Assembly: GCA_964016885.1 (NCBI GenBank)
Contig: CAXHJY010000376.1
Coordinates: 1-64,000 of the forward strand
Origin: Eledone cirrhosa
Lineage: Eukaryota
Length of the DNA stretch: 64,000 nt
Direction: 5' to 3'
The first letter of the stretch is position 1. The number at the start of each line of letters is the position of its first letter. Positions 19,266-32,884 of the stretch are shown here, one piece after another. The translations under genes and the position numbers were made by a program. The notes under the pieces are model-generated. The model saw nothing but the letters and a program-made list of their open reading frames with translations. It searched no databases and was not told where the DNA came from.

Positions 19266-19836
19266 TGTATCCCAGTACAACCTGTCTCATGGTCGGGTCG
19301 TTGGCGACTAAACTGGCAACCCCACCAAGGTTTCTTGGTGAGGAGGGTGACTTTGGACATCCTGCAGGACTAAAAACAAAACCTGTCAAAGCAGCTCTTA
19401 AGAGTCAATGGCTATCCAAAATCACCGGGAGAGATGACCCCTTAGCCTTTGTCAAGGCAGAATTCTAGGAGAAGGAAAACTCTGATATAACACCCGCAAC
19501 CCTGATGGTATCCAATGATGTTGACTTGTTCTTCTTTTTGGTAAATATCATCTTGGTTAAGAGAGTGGGACTGGCTTTGTGCAGTGCCTTTGCTCACTAT
19601 AAAAGCTTCACGGCACAGGCATTGCTTTATATCTGGAGATCTCTCTGCACTTGTCGTCACATGGTACCATGGGCCCAGCACTGTGTGTCAATAATTGTCA
19701 CAAGTGTAGTGTTTGTACCAGAGTTTTCAAGTCGCTGGCTGGACTAAAAAGTCACACTCGTTCAGCGCATCGGTAGGGGTTCTCCTACATGGATATAAAG
19801 TAGTGGCCGTACTCGAAAACGAGTTGGCAGCCACCA
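19266..19836 (+). mobile_element. Element C copy, slightly 5'-truncated
   Basis: Near-identical to 63372-63980; ends GCAGCCACCA followed by TA tract. Confidence 0.93.
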
Positions 19837-19872
19837 TGTATGTATATGTATGTGTATGTATATATGTATATG

Positions 19873-19909
<37 letters not shown>

Positions 19910-20162
19910 ATGTGTATATGTATATATGTATATATATATGTGCATATATATATGTATGTATATATGTACATATGTATATATATGTATGTGTGTGTATATA
20001 TGTATGTATGTGTATGTGTATGTATATATATGTGTATATATATGTGTGTGTATAAATATATATGTATGTGTATGTATATGTATGTATATATATATGTATG
20101 TATATGTGTATGTGTATATGTATATGTATGTGTATATGTATATGTATATGTATATATATGTG

Positions 20163-20213
<51 letters not shown>

Positions 20214-20474
20214 GTATATATGTGTGTATATATATATATGTATGTATGTGTGTATGTATATATATATATATATGTATATATATGTATATATATATATGTG
20301 TATATATGTATATATATGTATATATATATATGTGTATATATGTATATATATATATATGTATATGTATATATATGTATATATGTATGTATATATATATGTA
20401 TGTATATATATATGTATATGTATGTGTATGTATGTGTGTATGTATATATATGTGTATATATATATATATATATG

Positions 20475-20671
20475 GATGAGATTCTACAGGACTAGAGCTG
20501 TTTCGTTCATTGGAAATCATCAGAGATCATCAGGGATTCCTGATGATTTCTGATGAGTGGAACGGTTCTGGTCCTGTGGAATCTCATCTATATTAAAACT
20601 TTTATACTCTGCTATGTATTGAGTACCTTACTTACTGTGGTTACCTCCGATTCAACCCGGAATAACTTACC

Positions 20672-20672
<1 letters not shown>
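20475..20672. repeat. Foldback hairpin (49-bp arms) of a hammerhead-like motif plus ~85-bp tail; probable Penelope pLTR relic
   Basis: Arms 20475-20523 and 20540-20588 are reverse complements with 9 differences. The motif reads CTGATGA...GAAAC...GTC on the minus strand. Confidence 0.75.
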
Positions 20673-20706
<34 letters not shown>

Positions 20707-20989
20707 GTATGTATATGTATGTGTATGTATGTATATATATGTATGTATATGTATATGTATGTGTATATATGTATATATATGTATGTATGTGTATATATGT
20801 ATATGTATATGTGTATGTGTATGTATGTATATATATGTGTGTATATGTATATATGTATATATATATATGTATATGTGTGTATGTATGTGTATATATGTAT
20901 GTGTGTATATGTATATGTATGTGTGTATATATATATATGTATGTGTATGTATGTATATATATATATGTATATATATGTATGTATGTATG

Positions 20990-21032
<43 letters not shown>

Positions 21033-21169
21033 GTATGTATATGTATGTATGTGTGTATGTATATGTATATGTATGTATGTATATGTGTGTATGTATGTGT
21101 ATATATATGTATATGTATATGTGTATGTGTGTGTATGTATGTGTGTATATGTATATATATGTATATATA

Positions 21170-21360
21170 TAACGAAGGAAATGTGGTAGGGAACCAGGTG
21201 GACCATAACGCACCAAAGTACTCAATACTTAGGGTAGTAGAGTGGGTAATAGGAACAGGTGGGACCCCGACGGCTGAGCTCGGGCCATTTCGGCGGCTGA
21301 TTCTGTCCAGAATTGGCCGTCGGGGCGGCTTGGGCTCGGCCGTCGGGGTCTTGCATGTCC
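21170..21360. repeat. GC-rich foldback hairpin (42-bp arms) plus ~90-bp tail, related to and inverted relative to 20475-20672
   Basis: Arms 21263-21304 and 21309-21350. The two tails share GTATTGAGTAC on opposite strands. Confidence 0.7.
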
Positions 21361-21374
21361 TTATATATATATCG

Positions 21375-21581
21375 ACGCTGTAGTGTGGCCGTGTAGGCAA
21401 CACGGTAAAAACCTCCTAGCCCCACACTGTAGGTGTGGTTGGTGTTGGGGGGGGCATCCAGCTGTGGGAAGCCTGCCAGAGGGTCCTATGCGAGCAAGAC
21501 AATCACTCTTGCCTCAAGTGGGACTACCCCCGTCCGGGCCCATGCAGGCGTGGAGCACGGACGTTGAACGTTGATGATGAT
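21375..21581 (+). mobile_element. RTE family A 3'-terminal copy with A-to-G hypermutation
   Basis: Aligns without gaps to ~6484-6690; 17 of 20 differences are A>G by manual count. Confidence 0.9.
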
Positions 21582-22027
21582 GTATATATATATGTGTGTG
21601 TATATATATATATATGTGTGTATATGTATATATGTATGTATGTGTATATATGTATGTATATATATATGTATGTATATATGTATATATATGTATGTATATG
21701 TATATATGTATATATGTGTGTATGTATATATGTATATATGTATGTATGTGTGTATATGTATGTATATGTATGTATGTATATGTATGTATATATATGTATA
21801 TATATATATGTATATATGTATATATGTGTATGTATGTGTATATATGTATATATGTATGTATATGTATATGTATGTGTATGTGTATGTATGCGTCTGTGTA
21901 TATATATATATATATATGTATGTGTATGTGTATGTCTGTATATATATATATATATATATGTATGTGTATATATATGTCTGTATATATATATATATGTATG
22001 TGTATGTGTATGTCTGTATATATATAT

Positions 22028-22580
22028 ATGGTCGGGTCGTTGGCGACTAAACTGGCAACCCCACCAAGGTTTCTTGGTGAGGAGGGTGACTTTGGACATC
22101 CTGCAGGACTAAAAACAAAACCTGTCAAAGGGCAAAGGAGCTCTTAAGAGTCAATGGCCATCCAAAATCACCGGGAGAGATGACCCCTTAGCCTTTGTCA
22201 AGGCAGAATTCTAGGAGAAGGAAAACTCTGATATAACACCTGCAACCCTGATGGTATCCAATGATGTTGACTTGTTCTTCTTTTTGGTAAATATCATCTT
22301 GGTTAAGAGAGTGGGACTGGCTTTGTGCAGTGCCTTTGCTCACTATAAAAGCTTCACGGCACAGGCATTGCTTTATATCTGGAGATCTCTGCACTTGTCG
22401 TCACATGGTACCATGGGCCCAGCACTATGTGTCAATAATTGTCACAGGTGTAGTGTTTGTACCAGAGTTTTCAGGTGGCTGGCTGGACTAAAAAGTCACA
22501 CTCGTTCAGCGCATCGGTGGGGGTTCTCCTACATGGATATAAAGTAGTGGCCGTACTCGAAAACGAGTTGGCAGCCACCA
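22028..22580 (+). mobile_element. Element C copy, 5'-truncated
   Basis: Near-identical to the other copies; same 3' end. Confidence 0.93.
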
Positions 22581-22662
22581 TATGTATATATATATGTATA
22601 TATATATGTATATATATATGTATATGTATATATATATGTATATGTATATATATATGTATATA

Positions 22663-22697
<35 letters not shown>

Positions 22698-22772
22698 ATA
22701 TATGTATATATATATGTATATATATATGTGTATATATATATGTATATGTATATGTATATATATATGTATATA

Positions 22773-22807
<35 letters not shown>

Positions 22808-22847
22808 ATATATGTATATATATATATATATATATATGTGTATATAT

Positions 22848-22917
<70 letters not shown>

Positions 22918-23597
22918 ATATATATGTATATGTATATATATATGTATATATATATGTATATATATATGTATATATATATGTATATGTATATATATATGTA
23001 TATATATATGTATATATATATGTATATATATATGTATATATATATGTATATATGTATATATATATGTATATATACATAAACACACACATACCTACGAACA
23101 CACACATATATACACACACACACATACGTATATATTATTATTATAACTATATGGATATTGAGGCGCACACATAAACACGGCCACACACACACTTACATTT
23201 AGATGCAGAATTAAAAGGAGGTAAGGGAGTAAGTAATTAAGGAGGGTGTCAAACTCAGCATATTTATAAAAATGTATCTATAAAGTAAGAAATAAAAAGA
23301 AATATAATAAAGGAAATATAATAAAAACATAAAAAAACATAAAAGAGAGACATAAAATATACATGCTTATATACATACGCACATTTACACATCCATACGT
23401 TCGAGACATACATACGTACACACACACACATACACACATACATACACATACATACATATATATATATATACACACATATATATACACACACACACATACA
23501 TATACATATATATACATACACACATATACCCATGTATATATACACGCAACCACACACACACACACACTCAGACATACATAAATATAGAGACATACAT

Positions 23598-23651
<54 letters not shown>

Positions 23652-23716
23652 CGTAAGATAAGAAAATATTTTTTTTTTTTAATTTTTAAAAAATTTTTTT
23701 ACTTACTTAAATTTTC

Positions 23717-23798
23717 ACTCCAACTAATTAGTTTCTGCAATGGGATAAAGACAGTTACGTAATCCAACTGTCGAGAATTCATTGCGTCATCAGGGAGT
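23717..23798 (-). ncRNA. Type I hammerhead ribozyme
   Basis: Minus strand: ACTCC-CTGATGA-C-GCAATG...CATTGC-A-GAAAC-TAATTA-GTT-GGAGT. Stem I is ACTCC/GGAGT, stem II is extended and stem III is palindromic. Confidence 0.8.
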
Positions 23799-24300
23799 CT
23801 ATTCTCAGCTGAGTCTCCAGGCAATGCGCGGACACTGGCGGCTCATATAAAAATAATAATAATTCGGTAGAAAGAACAGCTTGCGAGGACTGGATTCTAT
23901 GTACTGAAATTCTCACTGCTTCTAGTCAAATGGCCGATTCTAAAGAATCAATCACGTGACACAGAGGCTAGTTAGAAGGAATGGGATGGTAAGATGACTG
24001 ACGCCTACTAACACCCCAAAAAAAATTTAGAAGTGGTTTTGGCAGGTTTGCTCGACAAATCAGTGATTTGGAGATAAATATAGATAATTTAATATATCAG
24101 CTAACATAGGCGCACAGATGCACGTCCATGCCAGCAAATACACAGGTTATGTCATAATACCTAGGTGGTTCAATGCAGGAGGGTGCAGAACAATAATATA
24201 AAAGACGTAAGATAAGAAAATATTTTTTTAAAAAAATTTTTAAAAAATTTTTTTACTTACTTACTTAAATTTTCACTCCAACTAGTAGTAGAGTATTAAT

Positions 24301-24331
<31 letters not shown>

Positions 24332-24425
24332 ATAAATAAATACACAGTCAGACAATTATGCACATATATACACATACATACACACATCTCTACAAATACA
24401 TATACATACACATACATACATACAC

Positions 24426-24467
<42 letters not shown>

Positions 24468-24599
24468 TCATACACACATATGTATTTTTATACTCACATA
24501 CAAACACACAAACATACATACATACTTACATACACATACATACATCCACGCTTACAAATACGAATAATTATGGGGGGGGGGGGGTTAAAATTATTAGTG

Positions 24600-25630
24600 G
24601 GAAATAGTAAATATAGGTTTCAAGGAACATAGAATATTAATCTGCATTTAAATCATAATATGTGTTTACATAGTAGTGTCAGTATTAGGAAATGGTATTT
24701 GTAAGAAAGAAGGCTAAATTATGCATTTTAATATAAGTAGACTATTAATTATAGGTTAATTAAAGTAAAAATAGTTAATATATTAATTTCTAAGGTGTAT
24801 ACTACTTAGGTTTATAATATTTAAAGCAGAATTTTGAAGTTAAACAGTAGTAGAGTATTAATTATAGCATAACTAAATTAAAAATATTAACATGATGGTA
24901 TCAATTTTAGGAAATGAATTTTGTAATAGGGAAAGCCAAATTAAGTATTTCATCGGAAGTAGAATATTAATTATAGGTTAACTAAATTAAAAATTATATA
25001 TTAATTTCTATAGTATATGTTAATTAGGTTTATAATAATTAAAGCAAAATTTTGTATTTTATCTATAGTAGAATATAATTATAGGTTAACTAAATTAAAA
25101 TTAATCTATATATTTATTTGTAAAGAATATATTAATTAGGTATATATTTAAAAGTTTTTCTCAGTTTATGATTACACGATATTCTGCAATCCATCTGTAT
25201 TAGAATTTTAATTTTAAGCTAACTAAATTAAAATTATAGGTTAACTAAATTAAAATTAATTTATAAATTAATTTCTAAATTGTATATTAATTAGGTTTAT
25301 AATATTAAAAAGTATTTCTCTGTTATTGATTACACGATATTTTGTTATATTTCATCTGTAAAGGAATTTTAATAAAAGGTTAAATAAACTAAAATTAATC
25401 TATATATTAATTTCCAATGTATATATTAATTATGTTAATAATATTTAAAAGTTTTTCACAGTTTATGATTATACGATATTTTTTAATTTCATCTGTAGTA
25501 GAATTTTAATTAAATTAAAATTATAGGTTAACTACATTTAAATTAATTTATATATTAATTTCTAAAATATATATTATTAATTAGGTTTATAATATTTAAA
25601 TGTTTTTCTCAGTTTATGATTACACAATAT
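24600..25630 (-). repeat. Degenerate tandem copies (~110-215 bp spacing) of the Penelope ORF 3' end
   Basis: TTAATTAGGTTTATAATATTTAAA-like motif, often followed by CAGTTTATGATTACAC, recurs near 24805, 25020, 25132, 25287, 25426 and 25577. Confidence 0.75.
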
Positions 25631-27449
25631 AATTAATTCCTGTCGCTTATTTAATAGGATATCCTTAGATTTCATTATTTCAAATAGTTCTTGGGAACAC
25701 AATCTACATTCATTTCTATTATTTTGATAAGGGGTGGCTCTTTTGAGCACACTCCAGGTCATATCATATTCTATATTCTTATTTCTATAACTATTAATTT
25801 TTTCTGCTAGAGATGTTGTATTAGCCAATGCGGCATTTTTAAAACTATGTTTGTGGGTATTAAACCTTACCTTAAAATTGTTAGAAGTAGCTCCTATATA
25901 TGAGCAAATAGAATCTTTAGTTTTAACTTTACATTTATAAACTATGTTGTTAACAAGACAATTTCCTTTTAATGGGCAGTTTGCTTTGTTTCTACAGTTA
26001 CAACCTTTCGTTAATTCTGTATTTGAGGAGATATTATGGTTAGTTTGATGTATTGGTGGTATACTTATGGTTTTTTTTTACATTTATATGCATTATAGGC
26101 ACTTATATTTTGTTTTATGTTTTTGGTTGTTGAGTATGAGAATTTAACTGTTGATCTATTTAAGATTTGATGGTATTTGTGGTTTGGCGGGAAGTTTTTC
26201 TCTAGGATATTAAAAATTTTTTTAGCTATATTATCCTTAATTTGTAAATTAAATGGAGCATTATACCAAGTAACTCGTCTATTACGGTTTCTATGTTGTT
26301 TATTGTTTTTATAGGATGCATCGTGATGTTTACTAGGAGGATTAATGTTAATGACCTCACCACGCACATTTTTAGTTAGATTTATTGATTTAGGTGTTTT
26401 AGCTTGTTTATTAGGAGTTTTATTATTAACATTTATTAGAGTTGTATGATGAGTAGTTTTTTGAGAGTTACTATATTAGAGGAGTTAGAGAAATTTGGTT
26501 TTATGTTGGTATTTTGGGGTAATGTGTGAGTGGCATTTAGGTGTGTACTTTTCATTTGGTGTTTGTTGGTAATATTAGGTTGTATGTTTATAGTGTTATT
26601 AGTAGAAGGTATATATTCCAATCTATTTTTGTGGCCACTTCTATCTAGAGCTTCGTTATAGAAGGTCGCATTTTTATCAAATACATCTTGGTTAGACGAA
26701 AGGTTAGAAATTCTAAGTGATATATTGTATGCAAGGTTTTTAAGGATAGATTTAGGGTGATTAGATTGTGAGTGTATGTAGTGTAAGTTTTGGTTGGGTT
26801 TATGGTAAGGTTGGTAGATACCCGTAGCTAAGTCTAAAGTTATATCTAGGAAATTAACTACTTTACTTGTGTTTTCAAAAGTAATATGAAGACTATAATA
26901 GTCTTTAAGGAAAGTTCTAATAAGCTTTTTGTTTTTTTCTATTTCTGAGAGGCTAAGGTTGTTGGAAAGAAGAAGACAGTCATCACGATATAAACCACCT
27001 TTAAGGTGGGGAAAGGAAGCATTTATGTTAAAAAGAAGAAAGAGGCCCACAAGATCAGTAATTTGGGCAGAATCGCTTGAACCCATAGTAATATCAAATA
27101 GATTACTATATGTGTTTCTGGTCCAGTATTCATTCTGAAATTCAATAAGTGTTAGTCTAGCATGTGTAATAATATTAATGTCATGCAAAGTTAAGTTAGA
27201 TCTATTTTTAGCAAATATCAAAGCTTTGTTCAGGAGTATAGGTGATATAGAAGAATAGTAATTATCTATATCAAATTGTAGAAATGAAGCAGAAGATTTA
27301 CATCTAATATTTTTAAACCAGTTAATTACCTGGGAAGTGTTTTCCCAGAGTGGTAAATTAACATCTTTTCTTATTTGTGGGATGACTCTATCCAAAATTT
27401 TTTTGCTAATTATTCCAATATCAGATTTGGAGGGACATATATGTCTTAT
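25577..27449 (-). pseudogene. Penelope-like RT/GIY-YIG ORF, interrupted (pieces 26436-27449, 26065-26367, 25577-~26020)
   Basis: Motifs as above, split across ORF pieces. The 2120-aa ORF in the track is mostly microsatellite read-through. Confidence 0.85.
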
Positions 27450-27456
27450 GTATATA

Positions 27457-27499
<43 letters not shown>

Positions 27500-27750
27500 G
27501 TATATATATATGTATATGTATATATATATGTATATATGTATATATATGTATATATGTATATATGTATATATATATATATGTATATATATATGTATATATA
27601 TATGTATGTATATATATATGTATATATATATGTATATATATATGTATATATATATATGTATATATATATATGTATATATATATATGTATATATATATATG
27701 TATATATATATGTATATATATATGTATATATATATATGTATATATATATG

Positions 27751-27829
<79 letters not shown>

Positions 27830-27966
27830 GTATATATATGTATATATATATATATGTATATATATGTATATATATATATATGTATATATATGTATATATA
27901 TATATATGTATATATATGTATATATATATATATGTATATATATGTATATATATATGTATATATATG

Positions 27967-28026
<60 letters not shown>

Positions 28027-28034
28027 TGTATATG

Positions 28035-28083
<49 letters not shown>

Positions 28084-28084
28084 G

Positions 28085-28151
<67 letters not shown>

Positions 28152-28680
28152 GTATATATATATGTATATATATATGTATATATGTATATGTATATGTATA
28201 TATATATGTATATGTATATGTATATATATATGTATATGTATATATATATGTATATGTATATATATATGTATATATATATGTATGTATATATATATGTATG
28301 TATATATATATATATGTATATGTATATATATATGTATATATATATATATATGTATGTATATATATATATATGTATATGTATATATATATGTATATATATG
28401 TATATATATATGTATATATATATATATGTATATGTATATATATATGTATATATATATATATGTATGTATATATATATATATGTATGTATATATATATATA
28501 TATGTATATATATATGTATGTATATATATATATATGTATATATGTATATATATATGTATATATGTATATATATATGTATATATGTATATATATATGTATA
28601 TATATATGTATATATATATGTATATATATATGTATATATATATGTATATATATATGTATATATATATGTATATATATATG

Positions 28681-28711
<31 letters not shown>

Positions 28712-28752
28712 GTATATATATATGTATATATATATATATGTATATATATATG

Positions 28753-28785
<33 letters not shown>

Positions 28786-28810
28786 GTATATATATATGTA
28801 TATATATATG

Positions 28811-28857
<47 letters not shown>

Positions 28858-28882
28858 GTATATATATATGTATATATATATG

Positions 28883-28929
<47 letters not shown>

Positions 28930-28942
28930 GTATATATATATG

Positions 28943-28989
<47 letters not shown>

Positions 28990-28990
28990 G

Positions 28991-29021
<31 letters not shown>

Positions 29022-29056
29022 GTATATATGTATATATATATGTATATATATATATG

Positions 29057-29121
<65 letters not shown>

Positions 29122-29148
29122 GTATATATATATATGTATATATATATG

Positions 29149-29215
<67 letters not shown>

Positions 29216-29391
29216 GTATATATGTATATATGTATGTATATATGTATATATGTATGTATATATATATGTATATATGTATATATATATGTATGTATATATA
29301 TATGTATGTGTATATATGTGTATGTATATATATATGTATGTGTATATATGTATATGTATATATATGTATGTATATGTATATATATGTATGT

Positions 29392-29425
<34 letters not shown>

Positions 29426-29535
29426 GTATATATGTATGTATGTATATATATGTATGTATGTATATATGTATGTATGTATGTATATATGTATGTATGTATG
29501 TATATATATGTATGTATGTATATATATATGTATGT

Positions 29536-29569
<34 letters not shown>

Positions 29570-29591
29570 GTATATATATGTATGTATGTAT

Positions 29592-29625
<34 letters not shown>

Positions 29626-29626
29626 G

Positions 29627-29684
<58 letters not shown>

Positions 29685-29765
29685 TATATGTATGTATATA
29701 TATATATGTATGTATATATATATGTATGTATATATATATATGTATGTATATATATATATGTATGT

Positions 29766-29799
<34 letters not shown>

Positions 29800-29821
29800 G
29801 TATATATATATATATGTATGT

Positions 29822-29855
<34 letters not shown>

Positions 29856-31417
29856 GTATATATATATATATGTATGTATGTGTATATATGTATATATATA
29901 TATATGTATGTGTATATATGTATATATATATATATGTATGTGTATATATGTATATATATATATATATGTATGTATATATATGTATATATATATATATGTA
30001 TGTGTATATATATGTATGTATATATATGTATATATATATATATGTATGTGTATATATGTATATATATATATATGTATGTATATATATATATATATATGTA
30101 TGTATATATATATATATATATGTATGTATATATATGTATATATATATATATGTATGTATATATATGTATATATATATATATGTATGTATATATATGTATA
30201 TATATATATATATGTGTATGTATATATATATATACATATATATATGTATGTATATATATATATACATATATATATGTATGTATATATATATATACATATA
30301 TATATGTATGTATATATATGTATATACATATATATATATGTATGTATATATATATACATATATATATATGTATGTATATATATATATGCATATATATGTG
30401 TGTATGTATGTATATGTATACATATATGTATGTGTATGTGTGTGTATATATACATATATGTGTATGTGTGTATATATATATATGTGTGTGTGTGTATATA
30501 TATATACGTATATATATATGTATGTATATATATATACATATATGTATGTGTATGTATATATATATATGTGTATGTATGTATATATATATATGCATATATG
30601 TGTGTGTATGTATATATATGTATATATGCATATATATGTATGTATGTATATATATATACATATATGTATGTATGTATATATATATACATATATATATGTA
30701 TGTATATATATATACATATATATATGTATGTATATATATATATACATATGTGTGTGTGTATGTATGTATATATACATATATATATGTGTATGTATATATA
30801 TATACATATATATATATGTATGTATATATATGTGTATATATGTATATGTATGTATATATATATATATACACATATATATGTGTGTATGTATATATATATA
30901 CATATATATATATGTATGTGTATATGTATACATATTATGTATATGTATGTATTAATATATATACATGTATATGTATGTATATGTATATACATATATATAT
31001 GTATGTGTATGTATGTACATGTATGTGTGTATGTATATATATATATACATATATGTATGTATGTGTGTATATACATATATGTATGTATGTGTATATATGT
31101 GCATATATATATGTATGTATATATATATGCATATATATATGTATGTATATATATATACATATATATATATGTATGTATATATATACATATATATATGTAT
31201 ATACATATATATATGTATATATATGTATATACATATATATATGTATATATATGTATGTATATATATATACATATATATATATGTATGTATATATATACAT
31301 ATATGTATGTATATACATATATATATGTGTGTATATATATATACATGTATATATATATATATGTGCATATATATATGTATGTATATATATATATATATAC
31401 GTGTGTATATATGTATG

Positions 31418-31448
<31 letters not shown>

Positions 31449-32042
31449 GTATGTATATATATATATATATGTATGTATATATATATATATATGTATGTAT
31501 GTATATATATATATATGTATATATATATGTGTGTGTGTATATATATACATATGTATGTATATATGTACATATGTATGTATATATATATGCATATGTATGT
31601 GTGTATATACATATGTATATATATACATATGTATGTATATATATGCATATGTGTATGTGTGCATATGTATGTATGTATATATATACATATGTATATATAT
31701 ATATACATATGTATGTATGTGCATATGTGTGTATATATATGCATATGTATATATATATATACATATGTATGTATATATATGTGTATGTATATATATATGT
31801 ATATATATATATATGTATATATATACATATGTATGTATATATATATATGTATATATACATATGTATGTGTATATATATGTATATATATGCATATGTATGT
31901 ATATATATATACATATGTATATATATATACATATATATATATGTATGTGTATGTATACATATGTATGTGTATATGTGCATATGTATATATGTATATATAC
32001 ATATATATGTATGTATATGTATACATATGTATATGTATATGC

Positions 32043-32078
<36 letters not shown>

Positions 32079-32153
32079 ACATATATATATATATATATGT
32101 ATATGTGTGTGTATATATACGTGTGTATATATGTATATATATATATGTATATA

Positions 32154-32184
<31 letters not shown>

Positions 32185-32213
32185 GTGTGTATGTATGTAT
32201 ATACATATGTATA

Positions 32214-32254
<41 letters not shown>

Positions 32255-32291
32255 GTATGCATATGTATGTGTATGTATGTATATATATACA

Positions 32292-32322
<31 letters not shown>

Positions 32323-32591
32323 ATGTATATATATGTATATATATATGTATGTATGTATATATATACATGTGTATATATATGTATGTATATATGTGTATGT
32401 ATATGTATGTATGTATATATATATATATATGTATGTATGTATATATATATATATATGTATGTATATATATATGTATATGTATGTATGTATATATATGCAT
32501 ATGTATATGTATGTATGTATATGTATGTATGTGTATATATGTGTATATGTATGTATATATATACATATGTATATATATGTATATATGTACA

Positions 32592-32623
<32 letters not shown>

Positions 32624-32821
32624 TGTATATATATGTATGTATATATATACATATGTATATGTATGTATGTATATGTATGTATGTGTGTGTATATATGTGT
32701 ATATGTATGTGTATATATGTGTGTATATGTATATATGTATATATATATATATGTATATGTATATATATGTGTATGTGTATATATGTATATATATACATAT
32801 GTATATATATATATATACATA
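27450..32821. repeat. (TA)n microsatellite, ~5.4 kb; G-interrupted, then mixed G/C-interrupted from ~30.2 kb
   Basis: Directly visible. Confidence 0.97.
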
Positions 32822-32884
32822 TATAAAAAAAAATATATATATATTGAAATACTTAACTAAAACACACACACACTCAAAACTAGA

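Larger units (their letters stand above)
23643..27449 (-). mobile_element. Penelope-like element 1 (5'-truncated RT + GIY-YIG endonuclease, 3' repeats, pLTR with hammerhead)
   Basis: RT motifs [40 protein letters not shown]; linker WYNAPFN; CNCRNKANCPLKGNC; IVY...YIG...R...H; CRLC. Confidence 0.9.

Noticed and set aside
19442-19747. Recurrent ~80-aa ORFs in element C copies (MLGPWYHV..., MVSNDVDL...)
   Set aside because: They recur only because the copies are near-identical, and they show no domain features; only the C2H2 relic in another frame is meaningful.
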